Origin: Elusimicrobiota bacterium
GTDB lineage: Bacteria; Elusimicrobiota; Elusimicrobia; UBA1565
DNA length: 16,787 nucleotides
Reading direction: 5' to 3'
NCBI GenBank assembly: GCA_043819795.1
Contig: JBDREN010000072.1
Coordinates: forward strand, 1-16,787
The position numbers were made by a program, and so were the translations under genes. The first letter of the stretch is position 1; every line of letters starts with the position of its first letter. Shown here piece by piece: positions 9,101 to 13,881 of the stretch. The notes under the pieces were generated by a model, which had not been told where the DNA came from, ran no database searches, and was given only the letters and a program-made list of their open reading frames with translations.

Positions 9101-11064
9101 ACTCGAAGTCCCAGGACTTGAGCCGCCTTCTCGACAAGCCGAGGACCGCCAAACAACAGGCGCTCTACGACGCTCGGGATAGGGCGACCATGGACCTGGC
9201 CAAGGCCGAGAGCGACCTGAGCGCGGTCCGCGCCGATCTCAAGAAGGCGGACGCGGCCTCCCGCCAGGCGGTCCAGCAGCGCCTGCGCCAGGCCGAGCAG
9301 ACCGTGCAGCAGAGCTCGACGAAGCTCAAGGACGTGCACCGGAGCCTGCGCGAGTTCGAGAAGCCGCAGGCCCAGCTCATACAGAGCGCGCTGCGGGACA
9401 TGCAGGCCGACGCCGGAAGGCTTTCGAAGTCCTGGAAGCAGAAGCTGGCCGGTTTCGATGGCCCCGAGGCCGACGTTCTTCGCTCGCGGATGGGCTCGCT
9501 AGAGCGCTCCTGGCAGAGCCAGACCCAGAGGCTCGACTGGACCCCTGAGCGGGCGGTGGAGGTCCTGCACCGGCGCATCAGCGGCGTCGGCACGGCGGAG
9601 CTCGCCACCCGCTACGCCCTGAAGTACACCGGCGCGCGGGCGCTCTTGTCCAAGGTGCCCGGCCTCAAGGGGAGCAGATGGGCCAAGCCCCTCACGCCCC
9701 ACGACGTGGGCCTCACGCGCACCTACGCCAGGCAGCTGCTCAAGAACTTCATGAACGATCCCTTCATCCCGCCGGAGGTGCGCTGGAAGATGCTCTGGAG
9801 CATCGGGCCCTCGGCCCTCTGGCCGCGCGGCGTCACGGGCAAGGGCTCGAGCTGGGTGATGACCGAGCTCTTCAACCTGGCCCGGGGCTACACGGACAAC
9901 CCGGCGAACATACGGATCGACAACATCACCGGCAGGATCAACGTCATCCACAACGGCCAGTGGTTCGAGTCCATGGACACGCCCACGCGCCGCTACTGGG
10001 AGCTCGAATACAACAGCGACCTGACGCTGCCCTACGAGCACAAGACGATCGTCACGATGAACGATTTCGTCAAGGACAACTTGAACGTGCGCATCGTGGG
10101 ATTCTCGGGGACGTCCGGCCCGGAGCACACCTCCTACATAAAGAGGGGCGGGTTCCGGGTCGCGGGCGTGGGCTCGCTCAGCGCCAAAGACGTCCCGATC
10201 GAGATCCACCAGAGCGCGACGGGCAAGTTCAAGTCCATCAGCAACGCCCTGCGCGACGCGCGCGTGCACGACGCGGCGCGGGTCAAGGCGGGCAAGCAGG
10301 CCGACTCCCTCGTCGTCCTGAGCCTGCCGGACACGCAGATGGTCAAGGCGGTGCGGCGGTACCTGATCAAGACCGGGATGATCAAGCCCGGCGAGATCGC
10401 CTCGGTGTTCTCGGACGCCGAGCTCCTGCGCCTGAACCGCCCGCAGGCCCAGGTGGGCAAGCAGATGAACCTGGGCGCGCTCACGCAGGGCAAGATCAAG
10501 CTGCTGATCCTGGACACGCGGGTGGGCGGGCGCGGCCTCGACCTCAACTTCAAGGGCCCCCGCAACGCCGGCCCCGAGGCCTTCCAGGGCTACAACGAAT
10601 TCATGATGCTGCTCGTGGACCCGCAGCAGGCCTCGGGGGCCCACTTCATCCAGGCGCAGGGCCGCATCGACACCGGGCGTATCCCTAAGGGAGCGGTGCG
10701 CCGCTTCAAGATGGTCATGGACCTCCAGGGAGCGGCCAAAGACCCGGTCTTCCGCCGAATGCTGAGCGAGGAGCCCTTGTTCCATCAGCTGCGCCAGCAC
10801 CCGGACGTGGTCCGGGTCGCCATGAAGAACGGCCGCTTCACGGCGAACTGGAGCGACATCCACTCCACGGTCATGGATTTCAAGGGCAAGGGCAAGCAGG
10901 GCCACATCACGGATCGCTACCAGAAGGTCGTCGAGAAGTATCTCGTCGAGAAGCAGCTGACCGTGGAGAAGGACCAACTGCGCTCCGCCAGCGTCCTCCA
11001 GGACGCCGCCACCTTCGATCCCGCCATGCGGGGCCTCAACCCGGTCAGCGTCCCCGGACGATAG
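3199..11064 (+). CDS. Giant 2621-aa signal-peptide/membrane protein with a C-terminal divergent SecA-like (SF2 DEAD motor) ATPase
   Basis: SecA-type motifs in order: MKTGTGKT (7540-7563; SecA MxTGEGKT), IFLTVQSNL (SecA VVTVNDYL), ILGDEMD...PALTIG (DEMD 7798-7809; SecA IVDEVD...PLIISG), IDNITGR...W...WELE (SecA VDEFTGR...W...IEAKE), VGFSGT (SGT 10105-10113; SecA AGMTGT), TRVGGRGLDL (GRGLD 10528-10542; SecA TNMAGRGTDI), QAQGRIDTGR (10651-10680; SecA QLRGRSGR). It also has an N-terminal signal sequence and a hydrophobic Gly/Ala segment at ~5197-5940. It is not the housekeeping secA, so no symbol is given. Confidence 0.85.
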   Translation: MVKKLIACLLSVCLVAACPGLPFLGSTLARVHAQEPAKAGAQVAAAVDPKAAMDLFDGHGVFTGPDDPMRSYVFDGESGRLSVIGEILYKYYKADPDRAQDFKQNFRQLREAGPMTYKQKEAAVGAMMAVDAEFNDLFKLYDRKVKGEQNAFQMGAMLSAAFDGAARAAQPLADLKQVDTQDGFVFVDGDGEVAIRMTKNMACRHIDWAESAEPVEMSFEEFRDFEAKRKSAGDSKSWTCGEVGGVTVFNRELQNNQKKMNRAPGLPACAPSIPENGRYNYEMLAYTYCLVETDVRRAEQAYRIDLMVRLSQLLGQFYQDDQYLKDDENGNPVLKKLLKLAAEKKLDKYDSVCDKTVETVLELAECKLAKRKEYIDKAAELLKGFQRRVEGYKDRQVITEGDVGELQGDEQHIKKYLMLGYLQTQINQTMGSLEGISFEVIERHGDLVVRAVEDSPDSERLRKAIEEGAYSEHVKKDYMRRAGMLAERLRRLLLVYRRLEDNLLAADHTSPLGRLQAALFSTQKDLGEVGLDVRIFSTIPPVVNLGSKEHEGKVRGGYRNIAWFFNKVSGGSWASGYLENRDVLERSLPVLKGAAASIADGDFDAAREQILTLAPDALRTHWQIGSGAGPGDDPNRMQKVDVVLRQTNAAMGQLMKAHLVADIAKDLAISFVVGAVAAPFIGAAAHGIATACFKFATAAAKLGRAGRAMATMARVVGGIFEHTAHRMHTLGPAADKVRGQTWLQQQAFKALVRGVNTGARVGSFSLGLSGGLSGTLSGLSVVKAKITGDKTVPHASVAAAVKQGYLQGASWGAKHGWILFVGNAASAYEGTVVYPAAQSLANRGVIGNAVGMGQWALGKVGIKTGANLMDRGLQWVTTRGGLVGGVGTAAAMADHIMKYMAVGHGAGWVAQNLSFRFNTLDRDNLERKYKRAESEKRENMERKWWLLMPQFSAKSQGQVEAMQRAREGLKQYEKSGELHRIANGAADITELPLKAPVKKPFMQKFFDLGWLRESGEHGTFKFGKEMKYEAIRKELARTADAERASMMRHLGRGRGPGPAAKGAAPPSRFSLSNLFKFRTFRNPKVAGGKQAPARAGEAGKANQVYEGNAFKAKRYFEVSRKQKGMSGRLHMSDEVRDQAQGLFESTVLKSGKLAQRILGAKPGTTVKGFGRVSIGSQEEVARILIKAHASGTRVSSARLAASQKILKPYIESEKIVADSAKDLLKSLKANKTPSKVFQETVDGFLKKTTTWKNDPGVQKQKTYKNLVQEFRKDAAGQKGMSAQENAVLTSMLDYLEAIDKRFNYFNRAGTASSRADRALSAIRAEYRGGGAPNKTVIQMLDKMMKQVHNWRAAQSSLDAPVGKSYRDMVGTLRKQVEGHEASLTSSDFEVLQTAVKELEAAPWLLRDSKGTNLPGWRPAQFEGLMHFLRSISADGAEASDVIRTFLLMKTGTGKTLLSYEGLLPIAQADSKARKLKTIFLTVQSNLESQARIEFRAMKKLTDLKIDTWEGFKSKIAQSKLEWKGGAEDYWILGDEMDGAALQPALTIGEQTASISKDNAGYRLLKRIGNRMNEILNRGPAEVGKRLDVQIRRQQAALDSLDSRGAHVSKLRESPQGLIKLSKNLTQLKQRSFKPSSGKMDALRRAEGMIRNLSTGKAAPSNAATVKKLKSLVGELKKADGAGAQQAVSRVDAQLREAWTRGHAQSIKRVTGRIRTIVDAQMKTLDASGSLFSKADKAVLKQFREAGGKIKQTARQHNAVGKGDLDLSVQQIRDMMREQSSILNQTAPANRGAARSLKRMARTARRSGNVIEAKKLEAQARQVLSGSKQARAGLDANSRDILKTLKEGKPGWQGRVRELAQQREGLVERAVVKKNPIYEIFRNMRQDMYSLVRSQTRVTDTREVLDAAPAKAGETLKQAGRGLTKDLVSLVRRYREIVKSGKGGPQARKMLQRAESLLKEGRTQRKAWHSKSQDLSRLLDKPRTAKQQALYDARDRATMDLAKAESDLSAVRADLKKADAASRQAVQQRLRQAEQTVQQSSTKLKDVHRSLREFEKPQAQLIQSALRDMQADAGRLSKSWKQKLAGFDGPEADVLRSRMGSLERSWQSQTQRLDWTPERAVEVLHRRISGVGTAELATRYALKYTGARALLSKVPGLKGSRWAKPLTPHDVGLTRTYARQLLKNFMNDPFIPPEVRWKMLWSIGPSALWPRGVTGKGSSWVMTELFNLARGYTDNPANIRIDNITGRINVIHNGQWFESMDTPTRRYWELEYNSDLTLPYEHKTIVTMNDFVKDNLNVRIVGFSGTSGPEHTSYIKRGGFRVAGVGSLSAKDVPIEIHQSATGKFKSISNALRDARVHDAARVKAGKQADSLVVLSLPDTQMVKAVRRYLIKTGMIKPGEIASVFSDAELLRLNRPQAQVGKQMNLGALTQGKIKLLILDTRVGGRGLDLNFKGPRNAGPEAFQGYNEFMMLLVDPQQASGAHFIQAQGRIDTGRIPKGAVRRFKMVMDLQGAAKDPVFRRMLSEEPLFHQLRQHPDVVRVAMKNGRFTANWSDIHSTVMDFKGKGKQGHITDRYQKVVEKYLVEKQLTVEKDQLRSASVLQDAATFDPAMRGLNPVSVPGR

Positions 11065-11069
11065 ATGTC

Positions 11070-11102
11070 AGCGCCGGTTGCGCGCAGCGCCAACCGGTCG
11101 CT
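11070..11102 (+). terminator. GC-rich hairpin just after the gene 2 stop; possible terminator or mRNA-stabilising stem
   Basis: AGCG-CCGGTTG (11070-11080) pairs with CAACCGG-t-CGCT (11091-11102). There is no real U-tract. Confidence 0.35.
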
Positions 11103-11169
11103 TCTGCCGCTGGGTTATCAAGGGATCGTCCGCCGAAGGCGGGCAAGGATTCCTGAGAGAGCAGAGGTC

Positions 11170-11194
11170 CAAGCGCTTCAAGCGCTTCAAGCGC
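11170..11194. repeat. Tandem 9-bp repeat CAAGCGCTT x ~2.8
   Basis: CAAGCGCTT CAAGCGCTT CAAGCGC; each full unit contains the palindrome AAGCGCTT. Confidence 0.8.
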
Positions 11195-11215
11195 GAGGCG
11201 TTTAAGGCGCTGACA

Positions 11216-11303
11216 ATGGGCCCATAAAGCCCTGGGCCCATTACCTGCCCCGCGCTGACCGAAAGACTCAACCCGCTCGCGGGCATCCCGCTATCCTATT
11301 GAC
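11216..11303 (+). promoter_or_regulatory. Promoter region of gene 3: ATGGGCCCAT (11216-11225), TGGGCCCATT (11233-11242), and -10 TATCCT (11292-11297) 6 nt before the GTG
   Basis: Colinear with the gene 5 upstream region and shares TATYCTATTGAC-GTG. No Shine-Dalgarno. Confidence 0.55.
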
Positions 11304-12569
11304 GTGCCACGCCACGAGTGGGCGAAACGCCATGCGGCCGCGACGCTTTGCGCGGCCTTGACCCTGAGCGCTCCCGGTCCGTGCGTCTACGAGGCCTGCG
11401 CCGCGCAGATCGCGGGCGCGCTCAACGCGGGCGCTGGGCAGGCGGGGTTCGCGTCCGGCGCGGCCGCCGGAGCCGGCGCACTCGTCCCGGGCTCGATCAG
11501 CGCTCCCCTTGGCGACGTCTATTCCGCGCCAAAGGCCCTGCGCAGCGGCCTGCCGGCCGCCTCCGCTGTCGACGTCACGATTTCTCCCGTCGGAGCCCCG
11601 GCAAAAGCCGCGCGCCCCGCGGCACCGGCCGCCAACGCCGCTCCGAAGGGCGTCCGGCACGGCGCCCCCGCCGGGGTCGACGCCGGCAGGATCGGGAAGC
11701 CGCTGCTTGAACGGCGCGCGGGCGCCGAGCAGGCTCCCGGAGAATTCCTCCGCGTCCTGCGCCGCCGGATGCGCGCCGGACCGGCTTCCAGTGCGGCGCC
11801 GGCCTCCAATAGTCCCGGCGGCCGTTCCGCGGAGACGCCCGAGAGATGGCTCACTCCCTCGGCCGAGACCCTCGGCTCCGCCTCCGCCTCCAAGGAGTGG
11901 GGCCGGCGCAGCTTCGCGGCGCTGAGGGGGGAGAATACCGGCGCGAGCCGGGGACCGGCGGCGACTGTTGACGCGCGTTCGGTTCGAGCTTCCGCGAGCG
12001 TCCGGAGATTCTCGTCGCTGAGACCCGCGCCGGCCGCCAAGGCCGCTCCCGTCGAGGACGCGCCCACGGTGCGGGTCGACGATGCTCCGGTGCGGACCGC
12101 GTCCGCGGCGAAGAAGCTCCCGTCCCTCATGAGCAAGGAGAGCCTGATCCCCGCCGCCGCGTCGATCGGCGTCTTCCTGCTTTTGAAGCTCGGGGTGGGC
12201 GCGGGCATGCTCGCCCCCGTCGCCACGACGTGGCCGGTCCTGCTTTCGGTCAACCTCGTCGTCGGGATCGGGGTGCGCATCGGACTGAAGCTGTGGAAGA
12301 AGCGGCAGGCCGGGAATGAGGAGAAGGGCGACGACGCGCCCGCCGATCTTTCTCCAGTGACCCTGGAGCCGGCGGCGGCGGCCGAGCGGCTCGCCGCGCT
12401 CCCGAAAGGCAAGAAGCCGGCCGAGGTCTCGGTATTCGATTTCGGGTACGCCGGGTTCAGGAGCTTGCCGGTCACCGACGAGCTCATCGAGCAGGTACGC
12501 GCCGGGCTCTACAGCGTCACGACCGACGATACCGGCGTCTTCTACCTCGTCCCCGCGACGGCTTCCTAG
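11304..12569 (+). CDS. 421-aa hypothetical membrane protein; N-terminal ~210 aa paralogous to gene 5
   Basis: Signal-like N-terminus (LCAALTLSAPGPCVYEACAAQ), Ala/Pro-rich linker, hydrophobic hairpin at 12144-12296 followed by WKKR, and a small C-terminal domain. The start and frame are supported by homology to the 13882 ORF. Confidence 0.8.
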   Translation: MPRHEWAKRHAAATLCAALTLSAPGPCVYEACAAQIAGALNAGAGQAGFASGAAAGAGALVPGSISAPLGDVYSAPKALRSGLPAASAVDVTISPVGAPAKAARPAAPAANAAPKGVRHGAPAGVDAGRIGKPLLERRAGAEQAPGEFLRVLRRRMRAGPASSAAPASNSPGGRSAETPERWLTPSAETLGSASASKEWGRRSFAALRGENTGASRGPAATVDARSVRASASVRRFSSLRPAPAAKAAPVEDAPTVRVDDAPVRTASAAKKLPSLMSKESLIPAAASIGVFLLLKLGVGAGMLAPVATTWPVLLSVNLVVGIGVRIGLKLWKKRQAGNEEKGDDAPADLSPVTLEPAAAAERLAALPKGKKPAEVSVFDFGYAGFRSLPVTDELIEQVRAGLYSVTTDDTGVFYLVPATAS

Positions 12570-12581
12570 GCCCTTCGTCCC

Positions 12582-12597
12582 GGGCCCGCGCGGGCCC
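12582..12597. promoter_or_regulatory. Perfect 16-bp palindrome GGGCCCGCGCGGGCCC (two GGGCCC boxes) upstream of the RAYT-like gene promoter
   Basis: Read directly. It could also act as a hairpin after the gene 3 stop. Confidence 0.45.
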
Positions 12598-12627
12598 AAA
12601 GACCGCCCGACGCCTCCCCAAAGGCCC

Positions 12628-12656
12628 TTGCCCCCAAGACCGGGCTTTCGTACCAT
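12628..12656 (+). promoter_or_regulatory. Putative sigma70-type promoter TTGCCC - 17 bp - TACCAT
   Basis: Same GGCCCTTGCCC-N17-TACnnT layout as 45-78. Downstream SD AGGAGAGG (12705-12712) precedes ATG 12718. Confidence 0.6.
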
Positions 12657-12669
12657 GCCTCTACATTAG

Positions 12670-12685
12670 GTGTCAGGCATTTAGA
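12670..12685 (+). repeat. Left copy of a 16-bp inverted repeat flanking the RAYT-like gene (GTGTCAGGCATTTAGA)
   Basis: 14/16 identical to the reverse complement of 13769-13784 (GTGCCAGGCTTTTAGA). Confidence 0.7.
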
Positions 12686-12717
12686 TTTACACATTTCGAG
12701 CAATAGGAGAGGCCGCC

Positions 12718-13635
12718 ATGGGTCGTCCGCACCGCATCCAGTTCCCGGGAGCCTGCTACCACGTCGTGCTCCGGGGCAACAACCACCGGGACATATTCCT
12801 CACGAACCAGGACAGGCGCTGCTTTCTCTCGCTTTTGCGCGGGTACAAGGACCGCTACCGGATCAAGGTCTACGCCTACTGTCTGATGCGGGGCCACGCG
12901 CAGCTGCTCCTGGAGACGGCCGAGTCGAACCTCTCGAAGGTCATGCAGGGCTTCAACACGGCGTACACGAAGTACTTCAATCAGCAGCACAACACCGCGG
13001 GCCACGTGTTTTCGGGCCGTTACAAGGCCTTGCTCGTCGACAAGGCCAACCACCTGCTCCAGCTGACGCGCCATATCCACCTCGCTCCAGTGCGCGACGG
13101 CCTTCGGGATAAGCCCTGGCGCTACCAGTGGTCCTCGTGCCCGGCTTATGTCGAGGCGGAGAGCCGCGAGCCTTTCGTGGACTCTGAGGCGGTCCTGCGC
13201 GCCTTCGCGCGCAACCGCTTGAAGCAGTCGGTCCGGTACCTGCAGTACGTCAAGCGGCGTCCGAAACGGACCGAGGCCGAGCTCCCGCTGGTGAGCGGCC
13301 TTTTCGTGGGGAGCCGGGAGTTCGCCGAGTCCGTCCGGAAGCGCTCCGGGTCCTCCGGCGGCGCGGCCGGCGCCGGGACGGACAGCTCGCGGTCCGCCGC
13401 GGACGCGAAGGCGATCCTGGCCGAGGTCTCGAAAAAGCACGGGATAGACCAGGAAAAGCTCTTCGGCCGCGGCCAGTGGCGGGAGGTCTCAGCGGTCCGC
13501 AAGGAAGCCATCTACCGCATGTGGAAGGAGGCCGGGATGGGGGTCACGGAGATCGGGCGCATCTTCAAGCGCACCCCCTCGGCCGTGAGCCAGCTCATCC
13601 GGTCCATGGAAGTCTCCCGCGTCTCCCGGAACTGA
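12718..13635 (+). CDS. REP-associated tyrosine transposase (RAYT, Y1_Tnp/IS200-like HUH fold) homolog with C-terminal DnaA-domain-IV/TrpR-like HTH; predicted catalytically inactive
   Basis: Family-typical segments MGRPHRIQFPGACYHVVLRGNN..DIF, AYCLM, YFNQQHNTAGHVFSGRYKALLVD, Y.WSS. HUH site reads GHAQLL (normally NHxHLL). Catalytic helix reads RHIHLAPVRDG (normally RYIHxNPVRAG). The C-terminal ILAEVSKKHGI...RKEAIY...MGVTEIGRIFKRTPSAVS (from ~13405) matches the DnaA C-terminal HTH pattern. Good SD. Confidence 0.9.
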   Translation: MGRPHRIQFPGACYHVVLRGNNHRDIFLTNQDRRCFLSLLRGYKDRYRIKVYAYCLMRGHAQLLLETAESNLSKVMQGFNTAYTKYFNQQHNTAGHVFSGRYKALLVDKANHLLQLTRHIHLAPVRDGLRDKPWRYQWSSCPAYVEAESREPFVDSEAVLRAFARNRLKQSVRYLQYVKRRPKRTEAELPLVSGLFVGSREFAESVRKRSGSSGGAAGAGTDSSRSAADAKAILAEVSKKHGIDQEKLFGRGQWREVSAVRKEAIYRMWKEAGMGVTEIGRIFKRTPSAVSQLIRSMEVSRVSRN

Positions 13636-13768
13636 CCGGCGTCCGCGCGCGCAATCCGGCCGGAGCCCTCCTCATAGGGCTTTCCGCGGCCTTTCCGAGC
13701 TCGCTGGGGGGCTCGCGGAATCGCGGCATGCCTCCGACGAGAAAACGCCTTAAAATAGAGTCTTAATC

Positions 13769-13784
13769 TCTAAAAGCCTGGCAC
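13769..13784 (-). repeat. Right copy of the 16-bp inverted repeat flanking the RAYT-like gene
   Basis: TCTAAAAGCCTGGCAC on +; its reverse complement matches 12670-12685 at 14/16. Confidence 0.7.
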
Positions 13785-13786
13785 TT

Positions 13787-13881
13787 GGGCCCTTGGTCCC
13801 ATATCAATATGGGCCCATTTTTCAACAAAAAATGACCTTATGGCTCATCCCCTCCGACGGGGTTGGTGGTATTCTATTGAC
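13787..13881 (+). promoter_or_regulatory. Promoter region of gene 5: GGGCCC (13787), ATGGGCCCAT (13809-13818), and -10 TATTCT (13870-13875) 6 nt before the GTG
   Basis: Colinear with 11216-11303. No Shine-Dalgarno. Confidence 0.55.

Noticed and set aside
7540..10680. Calling gene 2 secA, or a defence or restriction helicase
   Set aside because: Size, signal peptide, membrane segment and the missing C-terminal SecA domains exclude housekeeping secA. The motif wording is SecA-like, and no nuclease or methylase is visible nearby.
3184..10977. 2051-aa and 492-aa minus-strand ORFs, plus the off-frame + strand ORFs (e.g. 5646-7871)
   Set aside because: Shadows of gene 2 with L/V/R/G/P-skewed composition typical of non-coding frames in GC-rich DNA.
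11268..12656. 462-aa and 322-aa minus-strand ORFs over gene 3
   Set aside because: The + frame is validated by protein-level paralogy with the 13882 ORF.
12670..13784. Active IS200/IS605 element
   Set aside because: No tnpB, no clear subterminal hairpins, and the catalytic Tyr is missing.
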